A DNA stretch of 64,000 nt. Source: a virus. Its lineage: Duplodnaviria > Caudoviricetes. The stretch covers positions 3,215-67,214 of IMG/VR virus record IMGVR_UViG_3300002220_000674; one strand, 5' to 3'. This document shows, one piece after another, positions 39,499 through 49,005 of the stretch. The first letter of the stretch is position 1. Each line of letters starts with the position of its first letter. The translations under genes and the position numbers were made by a program. The notes below the pieces were generated by a model. The model made no database searches, was not told the DNA's origin, and worked only from the letters and a program-made list of their open reading frames with translations.

Positions 39499-41111
39499 TT
39501 TTTAATCTCTTTAACTTTTTTCTTAATAGTAATTTTAGGTTGTTCTTCTTCTTTTGGTTTCTTTTTAATACCTGACTTTGGAACTTCCCCTTCTTCAATT
39601 TCCTGTTGAGATTCAGCATCCACATCAGGTTCTAATTCAGGATAAAGAGCGTCTTCAGTTGCAAGTTGCAATCTTAGTTTCTTATAATTTTTAAAACCAA
39701 TCTTTTCAGCAAGTGTTGCATTAGGTATGCCAAGAGTCTTTGACAATCTACCATGTTTAACACCAAGAAGAGCTTTAACTTGTGATTCCAGATTATCAAT
39801 ACTTGAAGAAGGAAATGAAAACTCCATCAGTTTATGGGGTGCAATCTGTTTGTATTTCAATACAGGTTCTTTGTTTTTATCAAAGCCCACTGCTCGTTTT
39901 ACTTTAAAAGAAGTTGGAAAACTTGTAACTTGACTTCTTAAAAAGAAAATAGAATTCCAAAAATCGTATTTCAAAAATCTTTCAAAATAAGAAATCTCAT
40001 CTTTTAACCGATCAGCCAAAGGACCACGAGATGCTGATACAGAAGCATAGGTTCCTTTTGCTTCTCCGGTCACAATATCTGCTGGCTTGTTTAAACCAGC
40101 AACTACCATAGATAAGATATCTGTATCAGTATCCGAAATCTTGGTAAGGTTGGGATTGACTGCCTGCATCTCAAAACCCGGAGGAAGTACAAGGGAACTA
40201 CCGGGAGTCTTCTTTGCTGTGATCCCGGTCTGTGCTCGTTGCTCATCTGTTAATGATAACCATATACGAAACATTTTAGGATCAGTACATTTGAAAACCC
40301 AAACATATGCACCAGAAGATTTCTTATGATCGATTTCATATTTTTTAAGATTTTCATAATGGTTCAACCATTCAATAGTAGTACTGACATGAGAAATATT
40401 TCTTTTAGTCAGAAAACTTTTATCCCAACGAACTATGAAACGATAATATCCATTAAGTTTTTTAAACTTTCTATCTGTTGTCATTGATCCTTTGATAGCA
40501 TTTTTATCCACCTTGTCTTTGATCAAATCCCACAGTTCAGGATACCTTGCCAGAAAAATACTTGGGATCTGTCTTTTGCTGTTTGGAAGTCCAGAAGAAG
40601 TTGAAAAATCAAATAACAATGGCATTGAAGGTTTGTCAGGATGATAATGGATTTCAGAAACAGAACCCGGATCATTAAAATCCACTTCAACAAATCCATC
40701 AGCATGAAGGGTATGGGTAAGAAAAAGTTCTCCTTCAATCTCTGCCCTTGCTACATACTTAGGCATATAAGTATGCAGTTGGTTTCTTTCATCATCTAGA
40801 ATTTCATCAATCACATCCTGAATTTCATCAATATCAGAGTAATGTCCAAAACCATCCCCACATAATCTACCCATTGTATCTGTTACAGAAGTACGAATAT
40901 GTGGACTTTTATTAAACTTTTTCCAGCACTCTTCCTGTAAAGCTTTATAATCATTAGGCCAAGGTTCTTTTTTATCTACAATTGGAAATCCATCAGGATC
41001 ATGTTCAGCAATTCTTGAAGCAGATACCTGCCAAGGAACTGTAAACATTAACTGACTAAGAACCTCATCCGGCATATTATCAATAAATTCTGTAACTTCT
41101 TTCGTATCCAT
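39495..41111 (-). CDS. portal protein
   Basis: 538 aa between terminase and head genes; IEGELFL and YASV patterns. Confidence 0.8.
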   Translation of the reverse strand: MDTKEVTEFIDNMPDEVLSQLMFTVPWQVSASRIAEHDPDGFPIVDKKEPWPNDYKALQEECWKKFNKSPHIRTSVTDTMGRLCGDGFGHYSDIDEIQDVIDEILDDERNQLHTYMPKYVARAEIEGELFLTHTLHADGFVEVDFNDPGSVSEIHYHPDKPSMPLLFDFSTSSGLPNSKRQIPSIFLARYPELWDLIKDKVDKNAIKGSMTTDRKFKKLNGYYRFIVRWDKSFLTKRNISHVSTTIEWLNHYENLKKYEIDHKKSSGAYVWVFKCTDPKMFRIWLSLTDEQRAQTGITAKKTPGSSLVLPPGFEMQAVNPNLTKISDTDTDILSMVVAGLNKPADIVTGEAKGTYASVSASRGPLADRLKDEISYFERFLKYDFWNSIFFLRSQVTSFPTSFKVKRAVGFDKNKEPVLKYKQIAPHKLMEFSFPSSSIDNLESQVKALLGVKHGRLSKTLGIPNATLAEKIGFKNYKKLRLQLATEDALYPELEPDVDAESQQEIEEGEVPKSGIKKKPKEEEQPKITIKKKVKEIKK

Positions 41112-41116
41112 CTAAT

Positions 41117-41473
41117 TTAAAACCCCCATCTTGTTTTTTTAGCCCGCACATCTATGTGAACAAAAGTATCATATAAACCAATCCCGTATGATATGGGATA
41201 GACTTGATCCAGATAATCATAGACAGTAACCGGCCAGATATGTTCCACTGTAATATCCGCAGCTTTTCCAAATAAATGTTGTGAATGTTTTGATCCTTTT
41301 CTTTTAGTATTGTATTTAAGACATCGACACCCTGAATTGATGATTACTTTTCGATTAAATCTATCCCGTAATATTTGTAATATTTTCAAAAGTTCTGCAT
41401 CTACAACATCAAAACCACATTGATCAGGGCAAGAAAACTCCCGCCTGTTGAAATTTTTACTAATATCCCCCAT
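41117..41473 (-). CDS. Zn peptidase M15 family endolysin
   Basis: INSGCRC..N..GS..SQHLFGKAADI..GIGLY..FVHIDVR. Confidence 0.9.
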   Translation of the reverse strand: MGDISKNFNRREFSCPDQCGFDVVDAELLKILQILRDRFNRKVIINSGCRCLKYNTKRKGSKHSQHLFGKAADITVEHIWPVTVYDYLDQVYPISYGIGLYDTFVHIDVRAKKTRWGF

Positions 41474-41480
41474 TTATTTT

Positions 41481-42062
41481 TTACCTTTCAGCTTTAAGGT
41501 TACAAGTTGTCACTGGAATTTGATTTAAGATAGTAATCCCTTTAATCCAAGAGGTTACAAATTCATTTTTTAAATGATAAATATACATCCCTTGCATTAA
41601 TCTAATTTTCCATTTATTTTCAATTAACCTTTTTGCAAAAATACAGACTTCATTTTCAATTCCGTGTCCAGGATATCCACCAGAAGCTTCCCAAGCTATT
41701 TTTCTAATAAGCATAAATGCTCCACTACAGTATAAATCAGTTACTTTAGTGCATTCATAACCAAATCTTAAAAATAATCTTTTTGCTTCATAATAATGAT
41801 CTTCCATATTATTTGAATCCACTGCAATATCCATTCTTTTATCTAAAGCTACAGATCTGTTGGTCCAACAAGTGAATAAGCCTGTATCTGGATAAAGGTC
41901 AATTGCTTTTTGACACATATAATACCAGTGTGGATGGCATAAAAAAACATCATGATCTATTAATAAAACCCAATTTTGTTTTGTTTCCAACATAATTCGG
42001 TTAACTTCATGTCCCAAATTTCCTTTTGTCGTAAAGGGGATTCTTACATCGATCTTTTCCAT
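41481..42062 (-). CDS. GT2-like glycosyltransferase
   Basis: WVLLIDHDV; SGAFMLIRK.AWE..GG. Confidence 0.7.
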   Translation of the reverse strand: MEKIDVRIPFTTKGNLGHEVNRIMLETKQNWVLLIDHDVFLCHPHWYYMCQKAIDLYPDTGLFTCWTNRSVALDKRMDIAVDSNNMEDHYYEAKRLFLRFGYECTKVTDLYCSGAFMLIRKIAWEASGGYPGHGIENEVCIFAKRLIENKWKIRLMQGMYIYHLKNEFVTSWIKGITILNQIPVTTCNLKAER

Positions 42063-42124
42063 TTTTTTTATATCTCCAGATCTTAAACTTCACAGTAACT
42101 CCTCTCTAGTTTTGTAAAGTAATA

Positions 42125-45082
42125 TTAGTATTTTCCTAATACGGATTTTTCCTGCATAAATAAAAATCCAGGATTGCTTGTATGTCTGACTCTGAAATCT
42201 TCTACTGTTAATGCCATTCCCCCATAAATAGCATGACCTATTGCATACATAACATCATCTTGGACCCCATTTCTTGATTTTTTCTCTGGTGATCCAAACC
42301 ATTTTCCTAATTCATCCTGTACAAAATATGTCATTTCTTCATATAGAATATCTTGTAACTTAGAACCGGGAATGTTTACTGAAGGTGTTTTAAAATTTCC
42401 TTTGGCTACTGCGGTGTAAAATTCTGAAAAAAAAGTTCGTTGTCTGTCATAAGTGGGATGAACTGCCTGATAAGCAATCTGTTGATCTTCACACCACTCA
42501 GCAAGGTCCCACATTCCCCACCGTTCTGAACATATAGCATCAAGATCATCAAATTCTTCATTGCATTTTAAAATGATATCTTTCATCTGCTTTAATGTAT
42601 TTGGTTCAATGACAAGCAGACCAATTAAAAAATACATATATTCTAATGCTTCAGGATCTTTATAATTAAAAGTTAAAGTTTTACTGCTGTCTTTACATCC
42701 TTTGGCAACCAGTGCAAATAAGGACCTTGCGCCATGTGCTGCCATAGGATCGCTTCTGTCAAATCCTCCAAGAATAACAAAATCTGTATTGTAATGAGCA
42801 CCAATTTTATTGAGATCATCCAAAGAACATATTCCATAAGTGGTATCTATCCCATAAAGAGATGATACAGGATGGAGTTGTTTTTTGATTTGAACAACTT
42901 TTTTATATTTATCCTGAAGAATATCTACGGATTGTTCTTGGTCATTATTTTTTTCATTTTCATTGATTGCATCAATCAGATCAGTTTTTTCTTTGACAAG
43001 TTCAAGAAGTTCTTTATGGGTTTGATTATGAGGAAGGTAGTAACAAGTTTCAACTTGTTCAGGGGTAAACATGGCAAGGGACCCTGAACTCCATGTATTG
43101 AGAAAGTATCTTGCAAATTCACCGGGGGGAAACTTCACACGGTAAGAATCCAACTGTTTCTGATTCATCTGTGGATGCCAATAATCAGATTCTATTCCTA
43201 ATCTTGAATATCGGTATGAAAAAAACAATGCATCATCTTTTTTCTCTTCAAAAATTTCATACAGATTATGAAGTACATGTCCTTTTGCAGATACAGTGGA
43301 GTCAATAACTCCCAAAGCATTTGGAATGTTTCTGATAGAACCATCCAATTGATAAAAAAACTTTGGGTTTTTCATGTCAAAGATTTCAGAAAAAGTATAA
43401 CCTGTAATGTTAGATACAATTCCAGAAAAAGATGAAATAGCTCTGAGAATGTTATATCTTGTTTCATCTTCTCCAGTATGTAAATGTCTTCTGATTTCTT
43501 TTTCCTGTATATTTTTCTTTCCACCTATCCTATATAAAAGAAATGGTGAGTTTAAAATAATATCTCTGATGATATCAAAGTGAACAAACTTGATCTGATC
43601 TTTACTATTTGCACCGAGCATGATTTGTTGTGCATTAAAACACATAAACTTCCATATCTGCACCAATACTGCCTTGAAAGAATTATGGGTTACTGTAAAA
43701 TCAGAACGTATATATCTATGATTACCATCCAAAGCAAATCCATAATAATTCTGTCTACCTACTGATCTGATTTCTTTAATACCTGTAACTAATACATCTT
43801 TCCAACCATCTCTTCTTGGTGTACATTTTCGTCTTGCAACATTCACTGGAATCGTTGAACAGTTTCCAGTAATACCCACACAATAATATTCACCAACAAA
43901 ATCTATAGATTTAATTCCTTTGATGCATTTTTTAATTTCAGCATGAAATCCAAGCGATCTGGCTATAAAAGCAACATCTTCTGCTAATCTTTTTCTTTTA
44001 AGAGTTAATTGAAAAGAATTTCTATTTCTGTACCCATCTCCATCAATAATTCCAGCAAGAATTTTTAATCGGACTTCTCGTGAATTTGCTTTGTATACTT
44101 GTGGAATATGTTTATTATTCAAAAGGTGCTCATGTCGCATAGTTCTAACTAAAGGATGTTCAATTTTATGATTATTGTGAATATTACAGGTAAAAGCTTT
44201 TGTACCTTTTTTTGGGATAATGGAAATAGACAATCCTGTTTTTTCAACATATTCCTGCAAATAATCAATAACTTCCTGATCCATAGTTGTTATAGTTGGT
44301 CTATGTGAATCACCATCAGCAAGCCATAGTCCAAGAAAATAAGGATCAATGGGAACTTCTTGTTCAGGCCAATCAATAGGAACACGATAAAGAAAATATT
44401 TTTCTTTAAACCACTTACTTTGTTTTTGAAAATCTTTTAAGGAAATATCAATGAATTTTTTTTCTTCAAAACCTGCAATCTGCTTTCCTCTTTTATAAAG
44501 ACTCTCCTCACTTCGTTTTAAAGAAAGAATATGATCTGCGGTAACAGTTAAAGGTTCTCCTCTTGTTGGAATCACTTCAAACATTTCTTCTCTGCCACTT
44601 GCAAGTGACAATACTTTACGTGGGGTGTTATCATCCCCCATCAATAAATCTCCAACTTTTACATCTTCAACTTTTTTGATGGTTCCATCTAACATAATGA
44701 TTTTACTACCTTTTCTTTCACACTTTCCTTCACCTCGTGGTTCACAGAAAACAAGAAGTTTATGTTTAAAAATTCCATCTTCCATTTGAAGAGCTTCTTT
44801 GAAAACTTCACATTGCAACTCCCAAAATCTTTTATATGAAGCTCCCGGTCGCCATTCTTCATCAGGTAATGAATGAATAGGAGTCCATACAGGAACAACA
44901 TCTCCTTTTCTGTATATGGGGATTCTGACAAAGTGTCTGCAAAAGTTTATGAAACCTACACCACCATCTCTGTATCTTGGATCATCCATATCAGGAAGTG
45001 CTGAAGTTTTTTTTACTTCCATTGTATTTTGAACTTCAGAAATTAATGAAATTGTCTTTGGTTTTTTCTTTGTAAGTTTCAT
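42125..45082 (-). CDS. terL: terminase large subunit with an intein in Walker A
   Basis: PRGEGK|S P-loop; Walker B-like FSEIF; C-terminal nuclease with QDD; upstream of the portal. Confidence 0.9.
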   Translation of the reverse strand: MKLTKKKPKTISLISEVQNTMEVKKTSALPDMDDPRYRDGGVGFINFCRHFVRIPIYRKGDVVPVWTPIHSLPDEEWRPGASYKRFWELQCEVFKEALQMEDGIFKHKLLVFCEPRGEGKCERKGSKIIMLDGTIKKVEDVKVGDLLMGDDNTPRKVLSLASGREEMFEVIPTRGEPLTVTADHILSLKRSEESLYKRGKQIAGFEEKKFIDISLKDFQKQSKWFKEKYFLYRVPIDWPEQEVPIDPYFLGLWLADGDSHRPTITTMDQEVIDYLQEYVEKTGLSISIIPKKGTKAFTCNIHNNHKIEHPLVRTMRHEHLLNNKHIPQVYKANSREVRLKILAGIIDGDGYRNRNSFQLTLKRKRLAEDVAFIARSLGFHAEIKKCIKGIKSIDFVGEYYCVGITGNCSTIPVNVARRKCTPRRDGWKDVLVTGIKEIRSVGRQNYYGFALDGNHRYIRSDFTVTHNSFKAVLVQIWKFMCFNAQQIMLGANSKDQIKFVHFDIIRDIILNSPFLLYRIGGKKNIQEKEIRRHLHTGEDETRYNILRAISSFSGIVSNITGYTFSEIFDMKNPKFFYQLDGSIRNIPNALGVIDSTVSAKGHVLHNLYEIFEEKKDDALFFSYRYSRLGIESDYWHPQMNQKQLDSYRVKFPPGEFARYFLNTWSSGSLAMFTPEQVETCYYLPHNQTHKELLELVKEKTDLIDAINENEKNNDQEQSVDILQDKYKKVVQIKKQLHPVSSLYGIDTTYGICSLDDLNKIGAHYNTDFVILGGFDRSDPMAAHGARSLFALVAKGCKDSSKTLTFNYKDPEALEYMYFLIGLLVIEPNTLKQMKDIILKCNEEFDDLDAICSERWGMWDLAEWCEDQQIAYQAVHPTYDRQRTFFSEFYTAVAKGNFKTPSVNIPGSKLQDILYEEMTYFVQDELGKWFGSPEKKSRNGVQDDVMYAIGHAIYGGMALTVEDFRVRHTSNPGFLFMQEKSVLGKY
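43682..44722 (-). mobile_element. intein (347 aa) with LAGLIDADG endonuclease in TerL
   Basis: Starts CERKGSK and ends VTHN followed by Ser+1; TADHIL; LGLWLADG; LAGIIDGDG. Confidence 0.93.
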
Positions 45083-45085
45083 TTC

Positions 45086-45589
45086 TTATCCCTCAATGAA
45101 TTGATATGCATGTTCTTTTGCATTGAAATCCATGATAGGACCTGCCCCTTTCAAAATCATGTTTCTGTCCACATCGGCAAATTTCCACATCTCAGCAATC
45201 TTTGATAATACTTCTCTGATTTCTCTGTATACCGGGTGGATTCTTGTAGTGACCTGACCATTGACAATGATAAACATTTCTCCATTTAATGAACACTCTA
45301 CCTTGTATAGTTGTAACAGTTGTCTGTACAAGGGAAGGATTGCAATAGCTGTGTGTGTAAAAGCAGTCTCACTTATACGTCCTTCATGTTCCAACCTCAT
45401 CAGAAATTTTACGATTCGTACAAAAAATGAAGCATCAAACCCACACAAACCATCTTTAATAAATCCACATCGTTCATAGAAAGGACAATCTTCTTTCTTG
45501 CATTTGTTTACATACTCTAAAAACAGTGCATCACTTCCCCTTTGGGTAGTGATAAATAAATTCTTTTCTGTTTTTTTTATTAAATCCAT
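45086..45589 (-). CDS. probable terminase small subunit
   Basis: Directly upstream of terL; GGAGG RBS before ATG 45589; Cys cluster. Call rests mainly on position. Confidence 0.5.
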   Translation of the reverse strand: MDLIKKTEKNLFITTQRGSDALFLEYVNKCKKEDCPFYERCGFIKDGLCGFDASFFVRIVKFLMRLEHEGRISETAFTHTAIAILPLYRQLLQLYKVECSLNGEMFIIVNGQVTTRIHPVYREIREVLSKIAEMWKFADVDRNMILKGAGPIMDFNAKEHAYQFIEG

Positions 45590-45694
45590 ACTATTTCCTC
45601 CAAATTTTTTAGTTCTTTTAATCTTTTTTTTAAAAAAAGTATAGTTTTTTGTTTCTACAGTATTTATAATATACAATAGAAAGGAGAACAAATT

Positions 45695-45946
45695 ATGAAA
45701 CTAATCACAGTTATTTTTTTATCCATATTGATTGCCGGAAATACTTTAACTATTGAACAGGACAAATGGAATTCAGATCAGTATATCATAAAAGATTCTG
45801 ATAATGAAAAGAAAGGAATTATAAAAAAAGATCCGTGGTCTTCCAAACCCAAATGGAATATTTATGATGACAAGAAAAACAAAACTGGAATAATTAAACA
45901 AGATCCCTGGAATAAAAACAAATACAAAATTGAGAAGAAAAAATGA
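45695..45946 (+). CDS. small exported protein with three (I)xxDxW repeats
   Basis: AAAGGAG RBS; hydrophobic N-terminus; divergent from the late operon. Confidence 0.65.
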   Translation: MKLITVIFLSILIAGNTLTIEQDKWNSDQYIIKDSDNEKKGIIKKDPWSSKPKWNIYDDKKNKTGIIKQDPWNKNKYKIEKKK

Positions 45947-45968
45947 CATACAATCATTGTCATGGTGC

Positions 45969-46356
45969 AGGTAGTTGTCACTAAAATACAAAGAGTATAT
46001 TCTATTTGAGTAATATGGAAGGGTATTTGTCAGGATTTGCTACTGGTTTTATACAAAGATACAAACTCAGTATTCATCATGGTTTCCTGATTTGAAAAAA
46101 AATTCAGTCGCCATATGGGATAAAAATATTTTCTTATTTGATATATTACTCAAATGGGATGTAGTAGTATTCATCAATGTTTATGAAAAAATGATAAGTT
46201 TTCATAGTTTTTCATAAAAATAACAAACATAGTATTCATCAGTGTTTACAAAAAATAATTAAATTTCTGTCCCATGTATGTGTTCCTCTCTCAAAATCTG
46301 ATCTCATCCTATAAAATAAACATATGTCACTAACATAAAATAAGTGACAACTACCT
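45969..46356. repeat. non-coding block with nested inverted repeats and three direct repeats
   Basis: 14-bp IR 45969-45982/46343-46356; 13-bp IR 46004-46016/46143-46155; 11-bp IR 46170-46180/46208-46218; AGTATTCATCA three times. Confidence 0.85.
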
Positions 46357-47021
46357 ACAGTAAAAAATTATTCTTATTCTTAAAAAACAATAAATAAAAC
46401 TTATTGTAAACAAACAGAAGGTACATAAACAATATGCCCGATACTATTCATTTCCAATAATCTCTTCTCCTACAGCCTCTGACGAACTCTTATCCAATCA
46501 AATACTATACCCCCTAATAATACACATCTTCAATACATCTTTCAAATCATAGAAAAAAATATGGTGATGTCCTTTGTTTCTTATATATGTATTCTGTATA
46601 TTTATAATCTTTCTACACTATATATTTCAAATCTCCGAAACATTTTTTGTTAGGGTATATGATAACAAATCTATAATGTATCTTTCATTTTCCAGAAAAA
46701 AAATGTGGTGATGATAACAAATCTATAATACATATTCTAAAATTCAGAAAAAAAATGTGGTGGGTTGTCTGACCCAGGCTAAGTGCTACCATAGTCAACT
46801 TTACTTCAGGCGGGCTATAGCAATCATTACTTTACTACAGCATAAAAATATACCATAACAAAACAACAAACCTATGGTGGCATTGAACAAAACAATAACA
46901 TGAAAGTAAATTAAACTATAGTTGTAACATTTTGCTAATGAGTGACATTTTAGCAATGCCATATGACTACACCTGTTCAAGCCCTTTATTTATAATGGTT
47001 TACATGGATATAAAAAAGTAT

Positions 47022-47051
47022 TTGACATAAGTTAAATGCCTATTCTATATT
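47022..47051 (+). promoter_or_regulatory. sigma70-like early promoter
   Basis: TTGACA (47022), 18 nt, TATATT, with an A-tract upstream. Confidence 0.6.
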
Positions 47052-47118
47052 AAAATTAAAAACCCTAACGAAAATGACAAACTAACTAACACTCTTTAAA
47101 AATGAAAGGTGAAACAAA

Positions 47119-47571
47119 ATGAACATTAAAACTTATCAGGCAATCAAACAAGACTTAAAAGATTATCATTTTGATAACCATACCATTCATATTTCATATG
47201 ATGAATTAATCGCTTTAATTGAATATCAATTACCAGAATCTGATGAAAATCAAATAATGAATTGTTTTGACCAACTTCAAAATGATAATTTTATCATTGC
47301 TGATTATAGCTTAGATATATTTATTCTTAACATTAAAGGAAAAAACAAAATGAAAGAAAGATCTTACATGAAAAACCTTAACTATCAGGTAGAGTTTAAC
47401 AATCGTTTAAGCTGTCAATTTGTTTATTTGATTGATGCTCTAAGCTATATCAAAAATAGCAGTATACGAAAGAGCATGCTTAAAAATTATTCATGTTACG
47501 CATTAAATGACAATGGTAAACCTATTAAATCTTATAACTATAATAGTTCAGATCATTATTTTAACCGATAA
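47119..47571 (+). CDS. hypothetical early protein (possibly two in-frame genes)
   Basis: AAAGGTG RBS; second RBS and ATG in frame at 47350. Confidence 0.65.
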   Translation: MNIKTYQAIKQDLKDYHFDNHTIHISYDELIALIEYQLPESDENQIMNCFDQLQNDNFIIADYSLDIFILNIKGKNKMKERSYMKNLNYQVEFNNRLSCQFVYLIDALSYIKNSSIRKSMLKNYSCYALNDNGKPIKSYNYNSSDHYFNR

Positions 47572-47589
47572 AATGAAAGGTGAAACAAA

Positions 47590-47688
47590 ATGAAAATTAT
47601 TTATACATTCTATTTATTAGCAAGCCTGTATTTATTTTCTCATTTGTTTATTTTTGTCTTTAACATTTTTAGCAGTATTAAGTTTTAA
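47590..47688 (+). CDS. 32-aa hydrophobic peptide (not in the ORF track)
   Basis: MKIIYTFYLLASLYLFSHLFIFVFNIFSSIKF; preceded by the same 25-bp RBS/start sequence as 47119. Confidence 0.55.
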   Translation: MKIIYTFYLLASLYLFSHLFIFVFNIFSSIKF

Positions 47689-47696
47689 CCATTGAA

Positions 47697-47729
47697 TAAA
47701 GCCCTTTATTTCATTGATAAAGGGCTTTA
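47697..47729 (+). terminator. hairpin TAAAGCCCTTTAT / ATAAAGGGCTTTA
   Basis: Long perfect stem between early genes; a related hairpin lies at 53416-53448. Confidence 0.6.
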
Positions 47730-47749
47730 AACCATAAAGGAATTTTATC

Positions 47750-48058
47750 ATGATAAAAAAAAGACAAAAGGTTGGCAATACTCCAAAAATTGACAATGAA
47801 GGTTTTAACCCTAAACAGAAAATTATGCTTTCAAGTTTATACGTTTCAAACCTGAAAGGTTTAAAACGACATCACGCAATTAATTTGTTAAGTAATTCCA
47901 ATTATTCATATAAAAGCAATTTATCAATTTCAATGAACGCCGAATACATGATTGACCTTTTAATAAAAATTGATTGTATCAACCTTGAAAAACTTCAAAG
48001 ATTTTTGAATAAAAGATTTGATTCAGCACAGATTTTTTCGGATGATGAACTTTTATAA
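47750..48058 (+). CDS. hypothetical early protein
   Basis: AAAGGA RBS. Confidence 0.65.
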   Translation: MIKKRQKVGNTPKIDNEGFNPKQKIMLSSLYVSNLKGLKRHHAINLLSNSNYSYKSNLSISMNAEYMIDLLIKIDCINLEKLQRFLNKRFDSAQIFSDDELL

Positions 48059-48085
48059 AACCTTTTAAAATAAAGGATTTTTATC

Positions 48086-48991
48086 ATGAATAAAATAGAA
48101 ACAAATAAACAAATTGAAAAGCTTTTTAAAGAACTTGAAAAGTTCACGACAAAAACAAGTTTTAAATATTATCAAGTTTTAAACTCGGATCTTGAAACAA
48201 TAAAAAGCGAGTTGGATTTACATTTCACTTCTTACTTTTCATTACTTTTAAACAAACATAATATTTCATTAGAATTTGATACAATAAAGAAAAAACTTTA
48301 TGGCTGTATTCTTTCAAAAATAACCGAAAAATTAAGCCGTAAAGAATTTTACGACGAAATAAAAAATCAGGAAGTGTTAGAATTCCAAGCCGAAAATTCA
48401 AACCTTATTGAAAATAGAATTGATTTTCTTGAAAAAATAAATTTATTATCTGAATCAGCGCAAAAAATTATTGAATTCATTTTAAAGTTAGATTTTGAAC
48501 AAGAAGAAAAACTTTTAAACCATAACGATAAAATAAACTTAATTATTAACAGTCTTTTAAAACGTGATAAAAGTTTAAAACGCTCAAAATTAAATGAAGG
48601 TTTTATTGAAATTTATCAAATGTTATTCAAGTTTGATCAAAAATTTGATAGCTTTTTAACAGGTTTAAAAACTTGTAAAAAAGTCTTTCCAAAGACTTGT
48701 GAAAATTTCATTATTGATAAACAAAATAACCTTAAAACTAAAACCTTGAAACGTAAAAGAATTAAAAGGTTTTACAATCGTAAAAATCAATTTGATCCAA
48801 TAACCGGAAAATTTTTATATTCTTATTATGAATTTCAATTGGATTTTGAATTTTCAATTTGTGAAACATACAAAAAACCAATAAAACCAAAAACAGAAAT
48901 TAATTTTTGTCCTTTATCAGAAAGAGAAAGTTTCAGAAATATTTCAGATTATCATAATCTGAAAATCGAGGAAAAAATTAGATATTTTTAA
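48086..48991 (+). CDS. hypothetical protein, weakly sigma-factor-like
   Basis: Helical; LSESAQKIIEFIL segment resembles region-4-like phage proteins. Function is low confidence. Confidence 0.5.
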   Translation: MNKIETNKQIEKLFKELEKFTTKTSFKYYQVLNSDLETIKSELDLHFTSYFSLLLNKHNISLEFDTIKKKLYGCILSKITEKLSRKEFYDEIKNQEVLEFQAENSNLIENRIDFLEKINLLSESAQKIIEFILKLDFEQEEKLLNHNDKINLIINSLLKRDKSLKRSKLNEGFIEIYQMLFKFDQKFDSFLTGLKTCKKVFPKTCENFIIDKQNNLKTKTLKRKRIKRFYNRKNQFDPITGKFLYSYYEFQLDFEFSICETYKKPIKPKTEINFCPLSERESFRNISDYHNLKIEEKIRYF

Positions 48992-49005
48992 AACATACCA
49001 AAAAT

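Noticed and set aside
45973-46352. AGTGACAACT as a MatP matS or other known host site
   Set aside because: It shares only the GTGAC half of GTGACRNYGTCAC, and does not match DnaA, parS, KOPS or Chi consensus sequences.
45947-47118. CRISPR or mini-array in the repeat-rich non-coding regions
   Set aside because: Repeats are short (11-18 bp) and irregularly spaced (about 97 and 65 bp), with no cas genes.
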